In this document: positions 28,452 to 42,622 of the stretch, one piece after another
Numbering within the stretch: the first letter of the stretch is position 1
Layout of the letters: every line of letters begins with the position of its first letter
NCBI RefSeq assembly: GCF_009914755.1
Contig: NC_060948.1
Reading direction: 5' to 3' (one strand)
From: the human T2T-CHM13v2.0 reference genome, Homo sapiens
DNA: 64,000 nt
Notes under the pieces: model-generated
The model's input: only the letters and a program-made list of their open reading frames with translations
Told to the model about the DNA's origin: nothing
Database searches by the model: none
Position numbers and translations under genes: made by a program

Positions 28452-31400
28452 GGAATGGAAAGGATTCGAATGGAATGCAATCGAATGGAATGGAATCGAA
28501 CGGAATGGAATAAAATGGAAGAAAACTGGCAAGAAATGGAATCGAAATGAATGGAGTGTTATGGAACGGACTCAAAAGGAATTGAATGTAATAGAATGGA
28601 GTGGAGTGGACTCGAATATAATGGACTGGAATGGAATGAAATCACATGGAATGGGAACGAATGGAATGGAATGGAAAGGAATGGAATCGAATGGAAAGGA
28701 ATCGAATGGAAGGGAATGAAATTGAATCAACAGGAATGGAAGGGAATAGAATAGACGGTAATGGAATGGACTCGAATAGAATGGACACGAATGCTCAAAT
28801 TGAATGGACTCGAATGGAATGGAAACGAAAGGAATGTCATCGAATGGAATTGAATCGATTGGAATGAAATCGCATAGAATGGAGTGGAATCAAATGGAAT
28901 TGAATCGAAAGGAAAGGAAGCGAATGGACTGAAATGAAATGGAATGGAATTGAATGGAAAGTAATGCAATGGAATAGAATGGAACGAAATTTCACGGAAT
29001 GGAATCAAACTGAATGGAATCAAACCAATGGAATCAAATCAAATGGAATGGAAAGGAATTGAATGGAGTAGATTGGATTGGATGGGATTGGAATGAAATG
29101 TACTGGAAAGGACTCGAATTTCATGAAACGGAATGGAATGAATTGGAACGGAACGGACTCGAATGGAATGGAATGTCATGGAATGGCATCAAATGGAATG
29201 GCATCAAATGGAATGGAATCGAATGCAATGGAATGCTATGGAATGGAATGGAATGCATTTTAATGGAATGTCCTCTAATGGAATGGATTCGAGTGGAATG
29301 GAATCGAATATAATGGAGTCGAATGAAATGGAATTGAAAGGAATGGGATCGAATACAATGGAACATACTGGAATGTAATGTAATGAACTCGAATGTAATT
29401 GACTGGAATGGAATGTACATGAATGGAATGTAATCGAATGGAAAGTAATCCAATGGAATAGAATCTAATGCAATAAAATCGACTCAGATAGAGTAGAATG
29501 TAATGGAATGGAGTGCAGTGCAATGGAATGGAATGGAATGGAATGGAATGGAATGGAATGGAATGGAATGGTGTGGAATGGATAGTAATGGACTGGAGTG
29601 AAATGGACTGGAAAGGAATGGACTCAAATTGAATGGGCTCGAAAGGAATGGAGTCAAATGGAATGGTCTGGAATGGAATGAACACGAATGTAATGCAATC
29701 CAATAGAATGGAATCGAATGGCATGGAATATAAAGAAATGGAATCGAAGAGAATGGAAACAAATGGAATGGAATTGAGTGGAATGGAATTGAATGGAATG
29801 GGAACCAATGGAGTGAAATTGTATGCAGTAGAAGAGAATAGAATGGAATGCAAGCGAAAGGAAAGGAATGGATTGGAATGGAATGGAATTCATTGGAATG
29901 GAAGGGAATGTAGTGTAATGGACAGGCCTGGAATAAAGTGGAATGCTACGGTCTCGAATGGAATAAAAATGTATGGAATGGAATGCAATGAAAGGGAATC
30001 GAATGTCATAGAATGTAATGGAATGCAACAAAATGGAATCCAAAATCATTGACTGGAAAGGCTGGGTGTCGAAAGGAATTGACTCCAATGGAATGGAATC
30101 GAATGGAATGGAAGTGAATAGAATCGAACTAAATCGAATGGAATGGAATTGATAGGAACGGAATGGAGAGGAATGCAATGATTTGGCATGGAATGCAATC
30201 GAATGGCATCGAATGGAATGGAATGGAATGCAATGGAATGGAATGTATTAGAATGTAATGAACTTTAATGGAATGTACTCGAATGGATTCGACTGGAATG
30301 GAATGTTCTGGAAGTGAATGGACTCCAATGGAATGGATTCAAAAGGAATGGAATCGTACGGAATGGAATCTAATGGAATGGAATTAAATGGAAATGAATC
30401 AAATTGAATAGCACGGAATTGAATTGAATGGAATGGAATGCAATGGAATCTAATGAAACGGAAAGGAAAGGAATGGAATGGAATGGAATGGGCTGGAATG
30501 GAAAGGAATCGAAACGAATGGAATGGAATCGAACTGAAGAGACTGGAATGGAATGCACTGGAATGGAAGGGAGTGTAATGGAAGGTTCTCGAAAAAAATG
30601 GAATCGAATGGAATGGAATTGAATGGAACGGAATAGAGTCGAATGGAATTGAATGGAATGGAATGGACTAGAGTGAAATGGAATCGAACCACAAGGAATG
30701 GACAGGAATAGAATGGTCTCGAATTGAATGGAATCGTATGGAATGGCATCAAACGGAATGGAATGGACAGCCACGGAATGGAATGCACTCGAATGCAATG
30801 GAGTCGAAACTAATGGACTGGAATAGAATGGACTCGACTGGTACGGACTCCAATGGAATGGAATCGAATGGAAGGGAATCGAACGGAATGGACTCGAAGG
30901 GAAAAGACTGCAATGGAAAGGTCTCGAATGGAATGGAAATTAATGGAATGGAATGGAATCGAATGAAATGGAGTCAAAAGGAATGGAATCGAATGGCAAG
31001 AAATCGAATGTAATGGAATCGCAAGGAATTGATGTGAACGGAACGGAATGGAATGGAATCCAAAGGAATGGAATAGAATGGAATGGAATCGAATGGAAAG
31101 GACTCGAATGGAAATCACTCGAATAGAATGCAATTTAATAAAATAGGATCAAATGTAATGGAATGGAATGGAAAGGAATCGAAACGAAAGGAATGGAGAC
31201 AGATGGAATGGAATGGAACAGAGAGCAATGGTATAGAATGGAATGGAATCATCTGGAATGGAATTGAATGGAATGGAATAATATGAAATGGAATGGAATG
31301 GAATGGAATGGAATGGAATGCCCTTGAATTAAATGGACTGTAATGGAATGGACTCGAACAGAGTGGAATGGAAAGTGTTGAGATAGAATGGAATGGACTC

Positions 31401-31990
31401 GTTTGGAATGGTCTAGTATGCAATGCAATCGACTGGCAGGGAATCAAAAGGAATGTAATGGAATGGATTGGACTGGAATGCAATGGACTCGAATAGATTG
31501 GAAACGGAATGCAAAGGAATGGAATGGAATAGTATGGAATGTAATGGAAAGGAATGGAGTGGAATAGACTAGAGTGGAATGGAATGGACTGGAAAGCAAT
31601 AGACTGGAATGGAACTTTCTTGAATGGACTGGAATCAAACGGAATGGAATGCAATGCAATCAAATGGCATGGAATAAAATAGAATGAAAGAGAATCAAAT
31701 GGAATTGAATCGAATGGAATCGAATGGATTGGAAAGGAATAGAATGGAATGGAATGGAATTGACTCAAATGGAATGGACTAGAATGGAATGGACTCGAAT
31801 GGAAGGCAAAGGAATGGAATCTATTGGAATGGACTGTAATGGAATGGAATGGAAGGGATTGGAATGGACTCGAATGGAATGGACTGCAATAGAAAGGATT
31901 CGAATGGAATGAAAAAGAATTGAATGGAATAGAACAGAATGGAATCAAATCGAATGAAATGGAGTGGAATAGAAAGGAATGGAATGAAAT
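28452..31990 (+). repeat. DYZ1 unit U9 (3539 bp), chimeric U13-type 5' / U5-type 3'
   Basis: Anchor spacing 28646->32185; markers switch between 29806 and 29956. Confidence 0.92.
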
Positions 31991-34900
31991 GGAATGGAAA
32001 GGATTCGAATGGAATGCAATCGAATGGAATGGAATCGAACGGAATGGAATAAAATGGAAGAAAACTGGCAAGAAATGGAATCGAAATGAATGGAGTGTTA
32101 TGGAACGGACTCAAAAGGAATTGAATGTAATAGAATGGAGTGGAGTGGACTCGAATATAATGGACTGGAATGGAATGAAATCACATGGAATGGGAACGAA
32201 TGGAATGGAATGGAAAGGAATGGAATCGAATGGAAAGGAATCGAATGGAAGGGAATGAAATTGAATCAACAGGAATGGAAGGGAATAGAATAGACGGTAA
32301 TGGAATGGACTCGAATAGAATGGACACGAATGCTCAAATTGAATGGACTCGAATGGAATGGAAACGAAAGGAGTGTCATCGAATGGAATTGAATCGATTG
32401 GAATGAAATCGCATAGAATGGAGTGGAATCAAATGGAATTGAATCGAAAGGAAAGGAAGCGAATGGACTGAAATGAAATGGAATGGAATTGAATGGAAAG
32501 TAATGCAATGGAATAGAATGGAACGAAATTTCACGGAATGGAATCAAACTGAATGGAATCAAATCAATGGAATCAAATCAAATGGAATGGAAAGGAATTG
32601 AATGGAGTAGATTGGATTGGATGGGATTGGAATGAAATGTACTGGAAAGGACTCGAATTTCATGAAACGGAATGGAATGAATTGGAACGGAATGGACTCG
32701 AATGGAATGGAATGTCATGGAATGGCATCAAATGGAATGGCATCAAATGGAATGGAATCGAATGCAATGGAATGCTATGGAATGGAATGGAATGCATTGG
32801 AATGGAATGTCCTCTAATGGAATGGATTCGAGTGGAATGGAATCGAATATAATGGAGTCGAATGAAATGGAATTGAAAAGAATGGGATCGAATACAATGG
32901 AATATACTGGAATGTAATGTAATGAACTCGAATGTAATTGACTGGAATGGAATGTACATGAATGGAATGTAATCGAATGGAAAGTAATCCAATGGAATAG
33001 AAACTAATGCAATAAAATCGACTCAAATAGAGTAGAATGTAATGGAATGGAGTGCAGTGCAATGGAATGGAATGGAATGGAATGCAATGGAATGGAATGG
33101 AATGTTATGGAATGGAATGGAATGGATTGGAATGGGATGGAATGGTATGGAATGGATAGTAATGGACTGGAGTGAAATGGACTGGAAAGGAATGGACTCA
33201 AATTGAAAGGGCTCGAAAGGAATGGAGTCAAATGGAATAGTCTGGAATGGAATGAACACGAATGTAATGCAATCCAATAGAATGTAATCGAATGGCATGG
33301 AATATAAAGAAATGGAATCGAAGAGAATGGAAACAAATGGAATGGAATTGAATGGAATGGAATTGAATGGAATGGGAACGAATGGAGTGAAATTGTATGC
33401 AGTAGAAGAGAATAGAATGGAATGCAAGCGAAAGGAAAGGAATGGATTGGAATGGAATGGAATTCATTGGAATGGAAGGGAATGTAGTGTAATGGACAGG
33501 CCTGGAATAAAGTGGAATGCTACGGTCTCGAATGGAATAAAAATGTATGGAATGGAATGCAATGAAAGGGAATCGAATGTCATAGAATGTAATGGAATGC
33601 AAAAAAATGGAATCCAAAATCATTGACTGGAAAGGCTGGGTGTCGAAAGGAATTGACTCCAATGGAATGGAATCAAATGGAATGGAAGTGAATAGAATCG
33701 AACTAAATCGAATGGAATGGAATTGATAGGAACGGAATGGAGAGGAATGCAATGATTTGGCATGGAATGCAATCGAATGGCATCGAATGGAATGGAATGG
33801 AATGCAATGGAATGGAATGTATTAGAATGTAATGAACTTTAATGGAATGTACTCGAATGGATTCGACTGGAATGGAATGTTCTGGAAGTGAATGGACTCC
33901 AATGGAATGGATTCAAAAGGAATGGAATCGTACGGAATGGAATCTAATGGAATGGAATTAAATGGAAATGAATCAAATTGAATAGCACGGAATTGAATTG
34001 AATGGAATGGAATGCAATGGAATCTAATGAAACGGAAAGGAAAGGAATGGAATGGAATGGAATGGGCTGGAATGGAAAGGAATCGAAACGAATGGAATGG
34101 AATCGAACTGAAGAGACTGGAATGGAATGCACTGGAATGGAAGGGAGTGTAATGGAAGGTTCTCGAAAAAAATGGAATCGAATGGAATGGAATTGAATGG
34201 AACGGAATAGAGTCGAATGGAATTGAATGGAATGGAATGGACTAGAGTGAAATGGAATCGAACCACAAGGAATGGACAGGAATAGAATGGTCTCGAATTG
34301 AATGGAATCGTATGGAATGGCATCAAACGGAATGGAATGGACAGCCACGGAATGGAATGCACTCGAATGCAATGGAGTCGAAACTAATGGACTGGAATAG
34401 AATGGACTCGACTGGTACGGACTCCAATGGAATGGAATCGAATGGAAGGGAATCGAACGGAATGGACTCGAAGGGAAAAGACTGCAATGGAAAGGTCTCG
34501 AATGGAATGGAAATTAATGGAATGGAATGGAATCGAATGAAATGGAGTCAAAAGGAATGGAATCGAATGGCAAGAAATCGAATGTAATGGAATCGCAAGG
34601 AATTGATGTGAACGGAACGGAATGGAATGGAATCCAAAGGAATGGAATAGAATGGAATGGAATCGAATGGAAAGGACTCGAATGGAAATCACTCGAATAG
34701 AATGCAATTTAATAAAATAGGATCAAATGTAATGGAATGGAATGGAAAGGAATCGAAACGAAAGGAATGGAGACAGATGGAATGGAATGGAACAGAGAGC
34801 AATGGTATAGAATGGAATGGAATCATCTGGAATGGAATTGAATGGAATGGAATAATATGAAATGGAATGGAATGGAATGCCCTTGAATTAAATGGACTGT

Positions 34901-35549
34901 AATGGACTGGACTCGAACAGAGTGGAATGGAAAGTGTTGAGATAGAATGGAATGGACTCGTTTGGAATGGTCTAGTATGCAATGCAATCGACTGGCAGGG
35001 AATCAAAAGGAATGTAATGGAATGGATTGGACTGGAATGCAATGGACTCGAATAGATTGGAAACGGAATGCAAAGGAATGGAATGGAATAGTATGGAATG
35101 GAATGGAAAGGAATGGAGTGGAATAGACTAGAGTGGAATGGAATGGACTGGAAAGCAATAGACTGGAATGGAACTTTCTTGAATGGACTGGAATCAAACG
35201 GAATGGAATGCAATGCAATCAAATGGCATGGAATAAAATAGAATGAAAGAGAATCAAATGGAATTGAATCGAATGGAATCGAATGGATTGGAAAGGAATA
35301 GAATGGAATGGAATGGAATTGACTCAAATGGAATGGACTAGAATGGAATGGATTCGAATGGAAGGCAAAGGAATGGAATCTATTGGAATGGACTGTAATG
35401 GAATGGAATGGAAGGGATTGGAATGGACTCGAATGGAATGGACTGCAATAGAAAGGATTCGAATGGAATGAAAAAGAATTGAATGGAATAGAACAGAATG
35501 GAATCAAATCGAATGAAATGGAGTGGAATAGAAAGGAATGGAATGAAAT
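31991..35549 (+). repeat. DYZ1 unit U10 (3559 bp)
   Basis: Anchor spacing 32185->35744; copy of U6 at +14171. Confidence 0.93.
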
Positions 35550-38500
35550 GGAATGGAAAGGATTCGAATGGAATGCAATCGAATGGAATGGAATCGAACG
35601 GAATGGAATAAAATGGAAGAAAACTGGCAAGAAATGGAATCGAAATGAATGGAGTGTTATGGAACGGACTCAAAAGGAATTGAATGTAATAGAATGGAGT
35701 GGAGTGGACTCGAATATAATGGACTGGAATGGAATGAAATCACATGGAATGGGAACGAATGGAATGGAATGGAAAGGAATGGAATCGAATGGAAAGGAAT
35801 CGAATGGAAGGGAATGAAATTGAATCAACAGGAATGGAAGGGAATAGAATAGACGGTAATGGAATGGACTCGAATAGAATGGACACGAATGCTCAAATTG
35901 AATGGACTCGAATGGAATGGAAACGAAAGGAATGTCATCGAATGGAATTGAATCGATTGGAATGAAATCGCATAGAATGGAGTGGAATCAAATGGAATTG
36001 AATCGAAAGGAAAGGAAGCGAATGGACTGAAATGAAATGGAATGGAATTGAATGGAAAGTAATGCAATGGAATAGAATGGAACGAAATTTCACGGAATGG
36101 AATCAAACTGAATGGAATCAAACCAATGGAATCAAATCAAATGGAATGGAAAGGAATTGAATGGAGTAGATTGGATTGGATGGGATTGGAATGAAATGTA
36201 CTGGAAAGGACTCGAATTTCATGAAACGGAATGGAATGAATTGGAACGGAACGGACTCGAATGGAATGGAATGTCATGGAATGGCATCAAATGGAATGGC
36301 ATCAAATGGAATGGAATCGAATGCAATGGAATGCTATGGAATGGAATGGAATGCATTTTAATGGAATGTCCTCTAATGGAATGGATTCGAGTGGAATGGA
36401 ATCGAATATAATGGAGTCGAATGAAATGGAATTGAAAGGAATGGGATCGAATACAATGGAATATACTGGAATGTAATGTAATGAACTCGAATGTAATTGA
36501 CTGGAATGGAATGTACATGAATGGAATGTAATCGAATGGAAAGTAATCCAATGGAATAGAATCTAATGCAATAAAATCGACTCAGATAGAGTAGAATGTA
36601 ATGGAATGGAGTGCAGTGCAATGGAATGGAATGGAATGGAATGGAATGGAATGGAATGGAATGGAATGGTGTGGAATGGATAGTAATGGACTGGAGTGAA
36701 ATGGACTGGAAAGGAATGGACTCAAATTGAATGGGCTCGAAAGGAATGGAGTCAAATGGAATGGTCTGGAATGGAATGAACACGAATGTAATGCAATCCA
36801 ATAGAATGGAATCGAATGGCATGGAATATAAAGAAATGGAATCGAAGAGAATGGAAACAAATGGAATGGAATTGAGTGGAATGGAATTGAATGGAATGGG
36901 AACCAATGGAGTGAAATTGTATGCAGTAGAAGAGAATAGAATGGAATGCAAGCGAAAGGAAAGGAATGGATTGGAATGGAATGGAATTCATTGGAATGGA
37001 AGGGAATGTAGTGTAATGGACAGGCCTGGAATAAAGTGGAATGCTACGGTCTCTAATGGAATAAAAATGTATGGAATGGAATGCAATGAAACGGAATCGA
37101 ATGTCATAGAATGTAATGGAATGCAAAAAAATGGAATCCAAAATCATTGACTGGAAAGGCTGGGTGTCGAAAGGAATTGACTCCAATGGAATGGAATCGA
37201 ATGGAATGGAAGTGAATAGAATCGAACTAAATCGAATGGAATGGAATTGATAGGAACGGAATGGAAAGGAATGCAATCATTTGGCATGGAATGGAATCGA
37301 ATGGCATCGAATGGAATGGAATGGAATGCAATGGAATGGAATGTATTAGAATGTAATGAACTTTAATGGAATGTACTCGAATGGATTCGACTGGAATGGA
37401 ATGTTCTGGAAGTGAATGGACTCCAATGGAATGGATTCAAAAGGAATGGAATCGTACGGAATGGAATCTAATGGAATGGAATTAAATGGAAATGAATCAA
37501 ATTGAATAGCACGGAATTGAATTGAATGGAATGGAATGCAATGGAATCTAATGAAACGGAAAGGAAAGGAATGGAATGGAATGGAATGGGCTGGAATGGA
37601 AAGGAATCGAAACGAATGGAATGGAATCGAACTGAAGAGACTGGAATGGAATGCACTGGAATGGAAGGGAGTGTAATGGAAGGTTCTCGGAAAAAATGGA
37701 ATGGAATGGAATGGAATTGAATGGAACGGAATAGAGTCGAATGGAATTGAATGGAATGGAATGGACTAGAGTGAATTGGAATCGAACCACAAGGAATGGA
37801 CAGGAATAGAATGGTCTCGAATTGAATGGAATCGTATGGAATGGCATCAAACGGAATGGAATGGACAGCCACGGAATGGAATGCACTCGAATGCAATGGA
37901 GTCGAAACTAATGGACTGGAATAGAATGGACTCGACTGGTACGGACTCCAATGGAATGGAATCGAATGGAAGGGAATCGAACGGAATGGAATCGGAGGGA
38001 AAAGACTGCAATGGAAAGGTCTCAAATGGAATGGAAATTAATGGAATGGAATGGAATCGAATGAAATGGAGTCAAAAGCAATGGAATCGAATGGCAAGAA
38101 ATCGAATGTAATGGAATCGCAAGGAATTGATGTGAACGGAACGGAATGGAATGGAATCCAAAGGAATGGAATAGAATGGAATGGAATCGAATGGAAAGGA
38201 CTCGAATGGAAATCACTCGAATAGAATGCAATTTAATAAAATAGGATCAAATGTAATGGAATGGAATGGAAAGGAATCGAAACGAAAGGAATGGAGACAG
38301 ATGGAATGGAATGGAACAGAGAGCAATGGTATAGAATGGAATGGAATCATCTGGAATGGAATTGAATGGAATGGAATAACATGAAATGGACTGGAATGGA
38401 ATGGAATGCCCTTGAATTAAATGGACTGGAATGGAATGGACTCGAACAGAGTGGAATGGAAAGTGTTGAAATAGAATGGAATGGACTGGTTTGGAATGGT

Positions 38501-39078
38501 CTAGTATGCAATGCAATCGACTGGCAGGGAATCAAAAGGAATGTAATCGAATGGATTGGACTGGAATGCAATGGACTCGAATAGATTGGAAACGGAATGC
38601 AAAGGAATGGAATGGAATAGTATGGAATGGAATGGAAAGGAATGGAGTGGAATAGACTAGAGTGGAATGGAATGGACTGGAAAGCAATGGACTGGAATGG
38701 AACTTTCTTGAATGGACTGGAATCAAACGGAATGGAATGCAATGCAATCAAATGGCATGGAATAAAATGGAATGAAAGGGAATCAAATGGAATTGAATCG
38801 AATGGAATCGAATGGATTGGAAAGGAATAGAATGGAATGGAATGGAATTGACTCAAATGGAATGGACTAGAATGGAATGGATTCGAATGGAAGGCAAAGG
38901 AATGGAATCTATTGGAATGGACTGTAATGGAATGGAATGGAAGGGATTGGAATGGACTCGAATGGAATGGACTGCAATAGAAAGGATTCGAATGGAATGA
39001 AAAAGAATTGAATGGAATAGAACAGAATGGAATCAAATCGAATGAAATGGAATGGAATAGAAAGGAATGGAATGAAAT
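35550..39078 (+). repeat. DYZ1 unit U11 (3529 bp)
   Basis: Anchor spacing 35744->39273; copy of U7 at +14171. Confidence 0.93.
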
Positions 39079-42000
39079 GGAATGGAAAGGATTCGAATGG
39101 AATGCAATCGAATGGAATGGAATCGAACGGAATGGAATAAAATGGAAGAAAACTGGCAAGAAATGGAATCGAAATGAATGGAGTGTTATGGAACGGACTC
39201 AAAAGGAATTGAATGTAATAGAATGGAGTGGAGTGGACTCGAATATAATGGACTGGAATGGAATGAAATCACATGGAATGGGAACGAATGGAATGGAATG
39301 GAAAGGAATGGAATCGAATGGAAAGGAATCGAATGGAAGGGAATGAAATTGAATCAACAGGAATGGAAGGGAATAGAATAGACGGTAATGGAATGGACTC
39401 GAATAGAATGGACACGAATGCTCAAATTGAATGGACTCGAATGGAATGGAAACGAAAGGAATGTCATCGAATGGAATTGAATCGATTGGAATGAAATCGC
39501 ATAGAATGGAGTGGAATCAAATGGAATTGAATCGAAAGGAAAGGAAGCGAATGGACTGAAATGAAATGGAATGGAATTGAATGGAAAGTAATGCAATGGA
39601 ATAGAATGGAACGAAATTTCACGGAATGGAATGAAACTGAATGGAATCAAATCAATGGAATCTAATCAAATGGAATGGAAAGGAATTGAATGGAGTAGAT
39701 TGGATTGGATGGGATTGGAATGAAATGTACTGGAAAGGACTCGAATTTCATGAAACGGAATGGAATGAATTGGAACGGAATGGACTCGAATGGAATGGAA
39801 TGTCATGGAATGGCATCAAATGGAATGGCATCAAATGGAATGGAATCGAATGCAATGGAATGCTATGGAATGGAATGGAATGCATTGGAATGGAATGTCC
39901 TCTAATGGAATGGATTCGAGTGGAATGGAATCGAATATAATGGAGTCGAATGAAATGGAATTGAAAAGAATGGGATCGAATACAATGGAATATACTGGAA
40001 TGTAACGTAATGAACTCGAATGTAATTGACTGGAATGGAATGTACATGAATGGAATGTAATCGAATGGAAAGTAATCCAATGGAATAGAAACTAATGCAA
40101 TAAAATCGACTCAAATAGAGTAGAATGTAATGGAATGGAGTGCAGTGCAATGGAATGGAATGGAATGGAATGCAATGGAATGGAATGGAATGGAATGGAA
40201 TGGGATGGAATGGTTTGGAATGGATAGTAATGGACTGGTGTGAAATGGACTGGAAAGGAATGGACTCAAATTGAAAGGGCTCGAAAGGAATGGAGTCAAA
40301 TGGAATGGTCTGGAATGGAATGAACACGAATGTAATGCAATCCAATAGAATGGAATCGAATGGCATGGAATATAAAGAAATGGAATCGAAGAGAATGGAA
40401 ACAAATGGAATGGAATTGAATGGAATGGAATTGAATGGAATGGGAAGGAATGGAGTGAAATTGTATGCAGTAGAAGAGAATAGAATGGAATGCAAGTGAA
40501 AGGAAAGGAATGGATTGGAATGGAATGGAATTCATTGGAATGGAAGGGAATGTAGTGTAATGGACAGGCCTGGAATAAAGTGGAATGCTACGGTCTCGAA
40601 TGGAATAAAAATGTATGGAATGGAATGCAATGAAACGGAATCGAATGTCATAGAATGTAATGGAATGCAACAAAATGGAATCCAAAATCATTGACTGGAA
40701 AGGCTGGGTGTCGAAAGGAATTGACTCCAATGGAATGGAATCGAATGGAATGGAAGTGAATAGAATCGAACTAAATCGAATGGAATGGAATTGATAGGAA
40801 CGGAATGGAAAGGAATGCAATGATTTGGCATGGAATGGAATCGAATGGCATCGAATGGAATGGAATGGAATGCAATGGAATGGAATGTATTAGAATGTAA
40901 TGAACTTCAATGGAATGTACTCGAATGGATTCGACTGGAATGGAATGTTCTGGAAGTGAATGGACTCCAATGGAATGGATTCAAAAGGAATGGAATCGTA
41001 CGGAATGGAATCTAATGGAATGGAATTAAATAGAAATGAATCAAATTGAATAGCACGGAATTGAATTGAATGGAATGGAATGCAATGGAATCTAATGAAA
41101 CGGAAAGGAAAGGAATGGAATGGAATGGAATGGGCTGGAATGGAAAGGAATCGAAACGAATGGAATGGAATCGAACTGAAGAGACTGGAATGGAATGCAC
41201 TGGAATGGAAGGGAGTGTAATGGAAGGTTCTCGAAAAAAATGGAATCGAATGGAATGGAATTGAATGGAACGGAATAGAGTCGAATGGAATTGAATGGAA
41301 TGGAATGGACTAGAGTGAAATGGAATCGAACCACAAGGAATGGACAGGAATAGAATGGTCTCGAATTGAATGGAATCGTATGGAATGGCATCAAACGGAA
41401 TGGAATGGACAGCCACGGAATGGAATGCACTCGAATGCAATGGAGTCGAAACTAATGGACTGGAATAGAATGGACTCGACTGGTACGGACTCCAATGGAA
41501 TGGAATCGAATGGAAGGGAATCGAACGGAATGGACTCGAAGGGAAAAGACTGCAATGGAAAGGTCTCGAATGGAATGGAAATTAATGGAATGGAATGGAA
41601 TCGAATGAAATGGAGTCAAAAGGAATGGAATCGAATGGCAAGAAATCGAATGTAATGGAATCGCAAGGAATTGATGTGAACGGAACGGAATGGAATGGAA
41701 TCCAAAGGAATGGAATAGAATGGAATGGAATCGAATGGAAAGGACTCGAATGGAAATCACTCGAATAGAATGCAATTTAATAAAATAGGATCAAATGTAA
41801 TGGAATGGAATGGAAAGGAATCGAAACGAAAGGAATGGAGACAGATGGAATGGAATGGAACAGAGAGCAATGGTATAGAATGGAATGGAATCATCTGGAA
41901 TGGAATTGAATGGAATGGAATAATATGAAATGGAATGGAATGGAATGGAATGCCCTTGAATTAAATGGACCGGAATGGAATGGACTCGAACAGAGTGGAA

Positions 42001-42622
42001 TGGAAAGTGTTGAGATAGAATGGAATGGACTCGTTTGGAATGGTCTAGTAGGCAATGCAATCGACTGGCAGGGAATCAAAAGGAATGTAATGGAATGGAT
42101 TGGACTGGAATGCAATGGACTCGAATAGATTGGAAACGGAATGCAAAGGAATGGAATGGAATAGTATGGAATGGAATGGAAAGGAATGCAGTGGAATAGA
42201 CTAGAGTGGAATGGAATGGACTGGAAAGCAATGGACTGGAATGGAACTTTCTTGAATGGACTGGAATCAAACGGAATGGAATGCAATGCAATCAAATGGC
42301 ATGGAATAAAATAGAATGAAAGAGAATCAAATGGAATTGAATCGAATGGAATCGAATGGATTGGAAAGGAATAGAATGGAATGGAATGGAATTGACTCAA
42401 ATGGAATGGACTAGAATGGAATGGATTCGAATGGAAGGCAAAGGAATGGAATCTATTGGAATGGACTGTAATGGAATGGAATGGAAGGGATTGGAATGGA
42501 CTCTAATGGAATGGACTGCAATAGAAAGGATTCGAATGGAATGAAAAAGAATTGAATGGAATAGAACAGAATGGAATTAAATCGAATGAAATGGAATGGA
42601 ATAGAAAGGAATGGAATGAAAT
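39079..42622 (+). repeat. DYZ1 unit U12 (3544 bp)
   Basis: Anchor spacing 39273->42817; copy of U8 at +14171. Confidence 0.93.
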
